Positions 7,294 to 14,387 of a stretch of DNA of 64,000 bases are shown here, one piece after another (positions within the stretch are counted from its first letter, which is position 1; each line of letters begins with the position of its first letter). The stretch lies in IMG/VR virus record IMGVR_UViG_3300042261_002385, positions 62,001-126,000 of that record. One strand, 5' to 3'. The notes below the pieces were generated by a model. It saw only the letters and a program-made list of their open reading frames with translations. It was not told where the DNA came from and ran no database searches. A program made the position numbers and the translations under genes.

Positions 7294-7323
7294 AAAAAAA
7301 CCCAATCTTTTCAGACTGGGTTT
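7294..7323 (-). terminator. Intrinsic terminator (attenuator 3)
   Basis: AAACCCAGTCT-GAAA-AGATTGGGTTT plus U tract. Confidence 0.88.
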
Positions 7324-7343
7324 GTTAAAAGTAAATCAAATAT

Positions 7344-7415
7344 TTACAACACGCAAACTAGTCCGATTGGATTACTACCCTCGGCTTCATAATAATATGT
7401 TGTTATCATTTTCAT
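7344..7415 (-). CDS. Leader peptide 3, MKMITTYYYEAEGSNPIGLVCVL
   Basis: TAT-TAT-TAT-GAA-GCC-GAG run upstream of tRNA-Glu and tRNA-Tyr. Confidence 0.82.
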   Translation of the reverse strand: MKMITTYYYEAEGSNPIGLVCVL

Positions 7416-7436
7416 GCTTTGATTAATTATTTTTAG

Positions 7437-7509
7437 TAGCGGGGGTAGGACTCGAACCTACGACCTCTAGGTTATGAGCCTAGCGAGCTACCAACTACTC
7501 CACCCCACA
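7437..7509 (-). tRNA. Initiator-type tRNA-fMet (CAT)
   Basis: U1:U72 mismatch, fMet-like D arm, CTAGG-CTCATAA-CCTAG arm. Confidence 0.88.
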
Positions 7510-7593
7510 ATGTGTTATTGTATGTGTATATATAAAAAAAGTTTTCTCTATTTCTTTATTTTAAAGGATTTTTCAACTTAATATATAATTTGT

Positions 7594-8061
7594 ATGAGAT
7601 ATTTAACAGATTTTGGTCAATTTTTATATGAAGAACTACAATCTTATCAGTTTGAACTAATTTCAGACGATCGATTCATTTACAAATACTCATTTCAAGA
7701 TGTTGTAGGTAATAAATATTTAGTTGAATTTAAAAATATTCCTATAAGAAAAGTTGGTCAATTAAGTCACGTTTATGAATTAATGTATTATGTAGAAGAT
7801 GAGGGACAATATTCAGTTTATAAAATTGTAAATGTAAATCCTTATAGAGTTTTGAAAACTGTTTTTGGGGATATCTTAAATGATTTCACAAAAAGATGTC
7901 AGTGGGCTAAAATTATTTATTTTGTTGGATTAGCCAAAGAAAAAGAAAAACAATATGTCACATCAAGAACTAGAATATATAAAAGATATTTAGATATGAA
8001 TCCTGTTTCTGGCTTTAGAATTCAACAATCAGGAAATGCAATACAATTAACAAGAATATGA
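7594..8061 (+). CDS. Hypothetical phage protein
   Basis: ORF after an AATATATA motif. Confidence 0.7.
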   Translation: MRYLTDFGQFLYEELQSYQFELISDDRFIYKYSFQDVVGNKYLVEFKNIPIRKVGQLSHVYELMYYVEDEGQYSVYKIVNVNPYRVLKTVFGDILNDFTKRCQWAKIIYFVGLAKEKEKQYVTSRTRIYKRYLDMNPVSGFRIQQSGNAIQLTRI

Positions 8062-8459
8062 AACACTTAAAAAAGATATTTGAAAGTAGTGAAGATGATA
8101 AAAGATACATCGAAGAATGTTTCTTAGAGATATCAGAGAATCCAAACTTCGAAGTTGATGATTTACTTGAAGTAGAATTGACCGAAAAAGTAGATTATCC
8201 AATTTCAGTATATAAATTACACATAGAATTTGGTAAAAATATAAGTTTACCTAATCCAGTAAATTCTAATCTTTATATTGGAATGGTAAAAACTGATTTA
8301 GATTTCTTAAGAATGAAGAATGAAAAAATATCCGAGTTATTAAATGATATTGAAGTTGCTATAAATAGAGTTGGCGAAAAATTTCCTAATTCAGAATGTC
8401 AAATCTATGCGAATAGAAGAGAAGAGATTGATATAGTAATAATTGTAAAAAATAATTAA
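8058..8459 (+). CDS. Hypothetical phage protein
   Basis: ORF with MKHLKKIFES N-terminus. Confidence 0.7.
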   Translation: MKHLKKIFESSEDDKRYIEECFLEISENPNFEVDDLLEVELTEKVDYPISVYKLHIEFGKNISLPNPVNSNLYIGMVKTDLDFLRMKNEKISELLNDIEVAINRVGEKFPNSECQIYANRREEIDIVIIVKNN

Positions 8460-8464
8460 ATATT

Positions 8465-8830
8465 ATGGAAAGACCGCAAACAAGAATTATAGACCAACAA
8501 CACGTTGAATCAGAAAGAGAAGTTACTGGATGGGAAGCGGAACAAATACTAAGAAAATACGGACACGAACCTAAACACTATTCATCAATTCCAGGTAACA
8601 CACCTCAGAGTCCTAATCATAATTTAACTTTTGAAGAAATGATTGCACAAGAAGAAGCTAAACGTAAAGAGGAAATGATGAGAAATCAACAACAAATGAA
8701 TGGTCCTAAACCATTGACTTTTGATGGCGGCCGTGGTTATGATTCTGAGATTAGGTATTCGACTGATGAAGATACTGGATTTGGTTTTAAGATTGAGATA
8801 TCTACTGATATGAAAATTCCAAAATATTAA
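8465..8830 (+). CDS. Hypothetical protein
   Basis: ORF track. Confidence 0.65.
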   Translation: MERPQTRIIDQQHVESEREVTGWEAEQILRKYGHEPKHYSSIPGNTPQSPNHNLTFEEMIAQEEAKRKEEMMRNQQQMNGPKPLTFDGGRGYDSEIRYSTDEDTGFGFKIEISTDMKIPKY

Positions 8831-9435
8831 ATCTTTTGAAAAACTACAATATCATCGATTTGAATTTTCTTTACACCTTGTAATTCTGTAAGAACTCCAT
8901 GTAGGCCTAATCCAGCGTTTTTGTTTTCAATAAGAATTGAACCCGGTGCAATCTCTGAAATAATCTTATTATATAACAGTGTAAGTTTTTCAGTTGTCTT
9001 GAAAGGAGTATAGGTATAGACAATGTTATATTTGGAATAGTCTTGATTCATTATATCATCTTCAATTACAGTAAGATTACTATCCCAATATTGAAGAAGT
9101 TTTTCGTTTAGAAAATCAATATAAACTTTTTGTTTCTCAATTCCATAGAATTTAAAAGTCTTACCATCTTCAAATAATTTTGACTGTTGATACATATCAA
9201 AAAGAGCTGTTCCTAATCCTATTCCACAATCACAAATATGATTTTCTTGTAGTAGTAATCCTCTTTCTTCAAGTCTCTGAAGAAGAAATATATTTAATTC
9301 AATATTAGATAGAACATAGTGCCACTCTTCATTTTGGATAAACTCTGGTTTTGAACTATCAAAATCAGTCCAAAGAGTTTTAGAATCCTGAAAATATTTG
9401 ACTAAGTTTTCATTCGGTGTAACTTCTTGTGCCAT
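8827..9435 (-). CDS. Class I SAM-dependent methyltransferase-like protein
   Basis: ICDCGIGLG motif I, GIE, DDI; paralog at 43335. Confidence 0.7.
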   Translation of the reverse strand: MAQEVTPNENLVKYFQDSKTLWTDFDSSKPEFIQNEEWHYVLSNIELNIFLLQRLEERGLLLQENHICDCGIGLGTALFDMYQQSKLFEDGKTFKFYGIEKQKVYIDFLNEKLLQYWDSNLTVIEDDIMNQDYSKYNIVYTYTPFKTTEKLTLLYNKIISEIAPGSILIENKNAGLGLHGVLTELQGVKKIQIDDIVVFQKI

Positions 9436-9519
9436 ATAAGTTATATCTATTTTTATATTTAAGTTGTCTATAAAAGAACTCTCTAAAGATAATATATAGT
9501 GTATAAAATAATTTATCTA

Positions 9520-12423
9520 ATGAGCAGTATAGCTTTTGGTAGCACATATTCTTTTTTAACTGCAGCTACGCCATCATCTGGATGGATCATTGGTTTTGAT
9601 ACAGATGGTGTATTAAAGCAAATTGACACATCTGGAAACATTATACTAATAGGTGGTGGACCTACTGCTGGAAATTTAGCAACATATTCTATTTCACAAG
9701 TCTTAACTGTTGGTAATAATACTCAGAATCGTTCCATTATTATGGGAACAGCTACTAACATCAAAAGTGCAAACGGCGGTGGTAAAATTGAGTTAGACCG
9801 TTTAAGTGGAACAAATTCAGTTTTAATATCGACTGATGATAGTTCACAATCTGAAAGTTACTTATTGATGAGGAATGATTATGCAAGACTGTCTACTGAT
9901 TCATCTAAACAGATGATTGATTTGAATAAAACTGATAATGACCTGCGAATTTATAATAACAATGCTGGGTCAATATCAATAGGAGTAGATACAGGTTCTT
10001 TAGTTTACGGCCAGCTAGATGAAATTAAGATATCTTATAACTCTTCATCAACAGCTTCTACTGGTAATTTTGATAAAAATGCCGTTTTAATTGGTTCAAA
10101 AAACTCAAAAATACTTTCAGGAGTTGTTAACACAGTAGTTTTAGGAGGTCAAAATTTTACCGCCTCTAATTCGAATTCAATTTATGTTCCGGATATTTAT
10201 TTACAAAATCAAAAAGGAATAAAGTCGACTAATACAAATGAAGTATTCTATTTGAATGATAATAACGGATACACATTGTTGGACAGAAACTCAGGTAACT
10301 TAGATAATTCTTGGTTACTTATGGCAACTGACTATAATTCTACTTATCAAGCTTATGTTGAAATTGGTGTAAACTCAGACTCCGGATATGGAAATGATTC
10401 TCAAATCTATATCTATAACTCTAAAGGACCATCATATAGTTATCAAGCATATTCAAGTATTACTGTCGGTAAAAATCTTCTTAGATTTGCTTCTCAAGAT
10501 GTCGATGGTGGGTTAGATACAGTTAGAATAAATTTATCAGCTGGTAATTCTATAACTGTTGATGGATCGACTTCTTCTTTTAAAGGTATGGAGTATAATG
10601 ATGATTATTCTCTAAATTTTGTGACACATTCACTTGTAGATAAACAATATGTAGATAGTCAATTTACAGGATTTAATTTAGATGTTGTCCTAGCAGCTGG
10701 AAATAACTCACAGGCTAACGACATCGTTATGGGCACAGCTACAAGTATAAAATCAGCTAATGGTGGAGGTCAAATAGATTTAGACTTATCAGGAAATGCT
10801 GATGAAGTTGTAATATCAACAGATGGTGGAGCTCAAGCAGAATCATTTATTTCTTTGACTGCAACTGACTTATTAATTCAATCAGTTGGTAATATAACTT
10901 TGGATGGTCAAGGTCTAAGAGCATCATCAAACGACTCTTTAGGTATTGTATATCAAGCTGATTATTCGGCTACTTTTATAACACAATCATTAGTGAATAA
11001 AGGATATGTAGACTCAGGAACATCTTCTTTATGGTCAGCAATAAACTCAATTAATACTGATTATATCTCAGAAATAATACCTGGGACAGGTCTTACAGGC
11101 GGTGGAACTTATGGAACGATAAACATAGATATTGAGATAGGTAATGGTTTACAATTTGTAACTAACTCGATTTCATTAGGTGGAACTCTTTCACAAGATA
11201 CAATCATAATAGGAGATTCATTTAATTTCACTTTAGATGAATTAACAAACATAAGTTTAAGTGCGTCTGGAATCATTGACAATTATGCAACAGACTTGTC
11301 GGGATTCTTCGGAGAAACTTATTTAGATTCAAATGTTTTTGAGGCTAAAGTAGGAACCATACATGGTAACACATTTTCGAGAGTAGTAATTCAGAATCAC
11401 GTTTTACTTCTTGAAAACCAAAATGAAATCGGAGATTCGACTAGTTACGGTTTATACTTAAACGAACAAACTATTGGTGACGGTTCAACTGATAATAGAT
11501 TAATAATTAATGACGAAGTTTCTCAGAAAGGTTTAGTTTACTCACAAGATTATACATCTAATTTCACAACATATTCATTAGTTAGTAAAGGATATGCTGA
11601 TTCTTTATTAAGTAGAGTTGAAAATGGTTTAACACAGAGTCCAAACGGAAATATTATGTTAGGTGGAAGTCTGAACACAGCAGTTGTAATTGAAGGATTT
11701 ACTAATAATGTGTATTTCTCAGACGTTGGTAGATTTTCAGTAACTGCGTCTGGTTTTATAGACAAAATGGTTTACGCACCGTCAACAAATACTAGTCAAC
11801 AATTTAATAATGGTGACCAATACTACACAAGAGTGGATGATGCTTTAGGAACTTATTCACTAATAAATTTAGATCCGAGTAGAGTAGATGTTGAAAATTT
11901 AGGTGACGATGGATACCTTACTAAATTCACTATATATTCATCTGGTCAGAGTATAGGTGACCAATCGTCAAATAATAGATTTATAGTGACTGATGATAGT
12001 TATCAAAAAGGAATAGTTTATTCTGATGACTACACTGCAAACTTTACTACTTACTCATTAGTTACTAAACAATATGTTGATTCAAAAAAACCGTATAAAG
12101 TTTATGTAGCTCTTCTTAAACAATCCGGAACCTCAGCACCAACAGATATTGTATTAGAGAACACCTTTGGAATAACAGCTACTTTTAGCTACACTACAAC
12201 AGGTAATTACGAGTTGTATATGACAGGTCAATTTACTTATCAAAAAACATACATAGTAAATGGAATTGCTGATCAAAACCCAATAGGTGGGGATTTTGCC
12301 TTATTTGCAACTCAATACTTTAATACTGATAAAATAATACTTACTACCCAAGATATAGGTGGAACTGGACCAATGAACGGTTTACTAAACGACACATCAA
12401 TTGAAATCAGAGTGTATCCGTAA
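9520..12423 (+). CDS. Repeat-rich virion fibre/adhesin-like protein
   Basis: Four DYxxxFxTxSLVxKxY(V/A)DS repeats and duplicated MGTATxIKSANGGG modules. Confidence 0.65.
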   Translation: MSSIAFGSTYSFLTAATPSSGWIIGFDTDGVLKQIDTSGNIILIGGGPTAGNLATYSISQVLTVGNNTQNRSIIMGTATNIKSANGGGKIELDRLSGTNSVLISTDDSSQSESYLLMRNDYARLSTDSSKQMIDLNKTDNDLRIYNNNAGSISIGVDTGSLVYGQLDEIKISYNSSSTASTGNFDKNAVLIGSKNSKILSGVVNTVVLGGQNFTASNSNSIYVPDIYLQNQKGIKSTNTNEVFYLNDNNGYTLLDRNSGNLDNSWLLMATDYNSTYQAYVEIGVNSDSGYGNDSQIYIYNSKGPSYSYQAYSSITVGKNLLRFASQDVDGGLDTVRINLSAGNSITVDGSTSSFKGMEYNDDYSLNFVTHSLVDKQYVDSQFTGFNLDVVLAAGNNSQANDIVMGTATSIKSANGGGQIDLDLSGNADEVVISTDGGAQAESFISLTATDLLIQSVGNITLDGQGLRASSNDSLGIVYQADYSATFITQSLVNKGYVDSGTSSLWSAINSINTDYISEIIPGTGLTGGGTYGTINIDIEIGNGLQFVTNSISLGGTLSQDTIIIGDSFNFTLDELTNISLSASGIIDNYATDLSGFFGETYLDSNVFEAKVGTIHGNTFSRVVIQNHVLLLENQNEIGDSTSYGLYLNEQTIGDGSTDNRLIINDEVSQKGLVYSQDYTSNFTTYSLVSKGYADSLLSRVENGLTQSPNGNIMLGGSLNTAVVIEGFTNNVYFSDVGRFSVTASGFIDKMVYAPSTNTSQQFNNGDQYYTRVDDALGTYSLINLDPSRVDVENLGDDGYLTKFTIYSSGQSIGDQSSNNRFIVTDDSYQKGIVYSDDYTANFTTYSLVTKQYVDSKKPYKVYVALLKQSGTSAPTDIVLENTFGITATFSYTTTGNYELYMTGQFTYQKTYIVNGIADQNPIGGDFALFATQYFNTDKIILTTQDIGGTGPMNGLLNDTSIEIRVYP

Positions 12424-12424
12424 G

Positions 12425-12510
12425 CGGAGAGCAGAATACTCGAAACCCATGCAATTGAACGCACCCAACGCTTTCCAGGCGTGACTGATGACCTCATCAG
12501 TTTACTCTCC
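12425..12510 (-). tRNA. tRNA-Ser (GGA), 8/4 fold
   Basis: ACGC-CTGGAAA-GCGT arm; 8-bp acceptor, 7-bp D stem with 4-nt loop, 4-bp T stem. Confidence 0.82.
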
Positions 12511-12517
12511 AATTTAG

Positions 12518-12603
12518 CGGAGAACAGAGGAATTGAACCCCACACAAATGAACGTGCAACTCGCTTAGCAGGCGGTCCTAATCACCAGATTAGTTTATTC
12601 TCC
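12518..12603 (-). tRNA. tRNA-Ser (GCT), 8/4 fold
   Basis: CGC-CTGCTAA-GCG; CTAATC-TGGT-GATTAG D arm; G73. Confidence 0.82.
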
Positions 12604-12609
12604 ATTTAG

Positions 12610-12693
12610 CGGAAGAAGTAGGTGTCGATCCCAATACCTTTCAGTACCCACAGTTTTCAAGACTGGGTTGCAGGCCGCTGCAATTCATCTTCC
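12610..12693 (-). tRNA. tRNA-Ser (TGA), 8/4 fold
   Basis: CAGT-CTTGAAA-ACTG; TTGCAG-CGGC-CTGCAA D arm; G73. Confidence 0.82.
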
Positions 12694-12699
12694 AATTTG

Positions 12700-12772
12700 T
12701 GGTTCTAGAAGTATTCGAAACCTCACTTGATCGTTCGTAGCGACCTGTCCTGTCCAATTAGACGATAGAACC
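12700..12772 (-). tRNA. tRNA-Arg (ACG)
   Basis: GGTCG-CTACGAA-CGATC arm. Confidence 0.9.
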
Positions 12773-12780
12773 AAATTTAA

Positions 12781-12908
12781 CGGGGATGGTTGGACTCGAA
12801 CCAACGACCTTATAATTTCAAAATATACGAAGTAACTCTTTCAATCAACACTCTTACGAGGTAAAGTTTCAAAAGAGATAGTTTTCTCTACCACTGAGCT
12901 AAATCCCC
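12781..12908 (-). ncRNA. 128-nt tRNA-like RNA with a large structured insertion in the anticodon domain
   Basis: Near-canonical acceptor, D arm (GCTCAGTGGTAGAG) and T arm (GTTGG-TTCGAGT-CCAAC) flank about 55 extra nt. Confidence 0.7.
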
Positions 12909-12919
12909 AATAACATTTG

Positions 12920-12994
12920 TGACTCCGGTGGGACTCGAACCCACATATCCCTGATTAAGAGTCAGGTCCGGAAACCAATTACGGATACGAAGTC
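12920..12994 (-). tRNA. tRNA-Lys (CTT)
   Basis: CCTGA-CTCTTAA-TCAGG arm. Confidence 0.88.
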
Positions 12995-12999
12995 ATTTG

Positions 13000-13087
13000 T
13001 GCACCCAGAAGGACTCGAACCTTCAACGGACTTTCGTCTACCCCTCGCATTAAAAGTGCGATGCTCTACCAATTGAGCCATAGGTGC
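13000..13087 (-). tRNA. tRNA-Lys (TTT) with long variable arm
   Basis: TCGCA-CTTTTAA-TGCGA arm; 20-nt variable region containing GAC-GAAA-GTC. Confidence 0.85.
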
Positions 13088-13100
13088 TTAATTACCTTAG

Positions 13101-13173
13101 TGACCCCGGCGAGAATCGAACTCGCGACCCCCTGGTTAAAAGCCAGGTGCTCTACCTACTAAGCTACGAAGTC
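13101..13173 (-). tRNA. tRNA-Lys (TTT)
   Basis: CCTGG-CTTTTAA-CCAGG arm. Confidence 0.93.
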
Positions 13174-13216
13174 AAATTTTTTCTATGTGATGACTTATAA
13201 CTTAGTAAGCCATCAC

Positions 13217-13240
13217 TTAGCGTTTTCGTTTAGTTTCCAT
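13217..13240 (-). CDS. Candidate mini leader ORF METKRKR
   Basis: ATG GAA ACT AAA CGA AAA CGC TAA after an A-rich tract, followed by an 11-bp hairpin, upstream of the Lys/Arg tRNAs. Confidence 0.45.
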   Translation of the reverse strand: METKRKR

Positions 13241-13258
13241 TTTCTTTTTTATTTTTAG

Positions 13259-13329
13259 CACGTCGCCTAGGAATTGAACCCAGCCATCGAGGTTTTGGAG
13301 ACCTGACCGACACCTTGTCTGTGCGACGT
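13259..13329 (-). tRNA. tRNA-Trp (CCA), short D arm
   Basis: AGGT-CTCCAAA-ACCT arm, G73. Confidence 0.82.
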
Positions 13330-13336
13330 ATGTTTG

Positions 13337-13410
13337 GGTGAACGACGGGTTACGATCCCGCTACCTCTGGCTTCACAAACCAGCACTCTTCCGATTGAGC
13401 TACATTCACC
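13337..13410 (-). tRNA. tRNA-His (GTG)
   Basis: G-1:C73 pair; CTGGT-TTGTGAA-GCCAG arm; T loop ATCGTAA. Confidence 0.9.
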
Positions 13411-13415
13411 ATATA

Positions 13416-13487
13416 AACCCCACTTCACCAGGTTAACGGACTGGCTGCCATATGGGAGTGGGGGTCTCCTGTTATTCCAGGACTCCG
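13416..13487 (-). ncRNA. GC-rich structured RNA of unknown class, 3' of tRNA-Phe
   Basis: TCCTG/CAGGA, CCCCACT/AGTGGGG and CCAG/CTGG stems; possible ACGGA/TCCGT pseudoknot; strand inferred from context. Confidence 0.5.
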
Positions 13488-13560
13488 TGGAATGGGTGGG
13501 TATCGAGCCCACTCCTCTGGATTTTCAGTCCAGCGCAATTACCTAATCTGCCACCATTCC
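13488..13560 (-). tRNA. tRNA-Phe (GAA)
   Basis: CTGGA-CTGAAAA-TCCAG arm. Confidence 0.9.
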
Positions 13561-13573
13561 AATTTTTTTAAAT

Positions 13574-13607
13574 AAAAAAACCCGAACTTCTTTCGAGGTT
13601 CGGGTTT
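13574..13607 (-). terminator. Intrinsic terminator (attenuator 4)
   Basis: AAACCCGAACCTC-GAAA-GAAGTTCGGGTTT plus U tract. Confidence 0.9.
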
Positions 13608-13630
13608 AAATTATATTGTCTTTTATAAGT

Positions 13631-13732
13631 TTACACTTCTAAATTTGAGCAATACTCTTTTAGTACCGAACCAGTGGTGCTAAACCACGAAGTCGATTTA
13701 CTAAATGTGCTATGTTTGCGAATTGCTCTCAT
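13631..13732 (-). CDS. Leader peptide 4, MRAIRKHSTFSKSTSWFSTTGSVLKEYCSNLEV
   Basis: R/K/H/S/F/W-rich control region; GGTTCGG antiterminator. Confidence 0.85.
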   Translation of the reverse strand: MRAIRKHSTFSKSTSWFSTTGSVLKEYCSNLEV

Positions 13733-13789
13733 TTTTTTTATATATTGAATTGTTAAACTCTCTTTTTAAATTATTGTCATTATTCTATA

Positions 13790-13821
13790 CAAATGTAGAT
13801 AAAAGTTTTTAATCTACCAAA
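13790..13821 (-). promoter_or_regulatory. Bacteroidota-type promoter upstream of leader 4
   Basis: TTTG-N20-TACATTTG; closely similar to 3217-3248. Confidence 0.75.
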
Positions 13822-13835
13822 TTTTTTTGAAATTT

Positions 13836-14048
13836 TTATCCTCCATAAACATCAACTACTTTACCGTCTCTTACTCTGAAGTTGACTCTGTCCCCTCTAT
13901 TAGACATATCTAACATTTTTGGAACGCCATTTTCTTCTACTATTCTAGTGATAAAACCACCGTCATTAGCATACTTCGTAGCTTGTTCTAAAGTTTTTCC
14001 TACATATTCTTCTTTACTAATGATACCATTGTTTCTTAATTGTGCCAT
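13836..14048 (-). CDS. Small protein resembling the I78/potato-inhibitor-I protease inhibitor fold
   Basis: YVGKTLEQA...RIV..G...LDM...DRVNFRVRDGKVVDVYGG. Confidence 0.55.
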   Translation of the reverse strand: MAQLRNNGIISKEEYVGKTLEQATKYANDGGFITRIVEENGVPKMLDMSNRGDRVNFRVRDGKVVDVYGG

Positions 14049-14095
14049 AAGATTTAAATTATTTTTTTTAATATATAGTAAAAATTAATTTCTTT

Positions 14096-14362
14096 ATGCC
14101 ATCAAAATCGAAAACTCAGCAAAGATTAATGGGAGCAGCTTATGCTTATGCAACCGGTCAGAACAAAGATGTTCCAGAAACAGCCAAAGACGTTGCAAAA
14201 TCTTTTATTCAGAGTGAAACAAAGGGTCTAAAAAGTAAACCGGCTAAAGAAAGGGCTAAGAAGAGAGCTATAAAGAAACTCAGAGACTTTGCCAAAACTA
14301 AACACGACAAATTACCTGAAAGTGTTTCAGAACACATTATAACCAGATTTTCTGATTTCTAA
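14096..14362 (+). CDS. DUF3008-like small basic protein
   Basis: MPSKSKTQQRLMGAA...LRDFAKTKHDKLPE. Confidence 0.55.
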   Translation: MPSKSKTQQRLMGAAYAYATGQNKDVPETAKDVAKSFIQSETKGLKSKPAKERAKKRAIKKLRDFAKTKHDKLPESVSEHIITRFSDF

Positions 14363-14387
14363 CACTCATGAAACATCATGACTATAA

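Noticed and set aside
13416-13487. Theta/HDV-like or hammerhead ribozyme call
   Set aside because: Helix order and catalytic residues could not be fitted (no P1 partner after P3, no GAAA core); kept as an unknown structured RNA.
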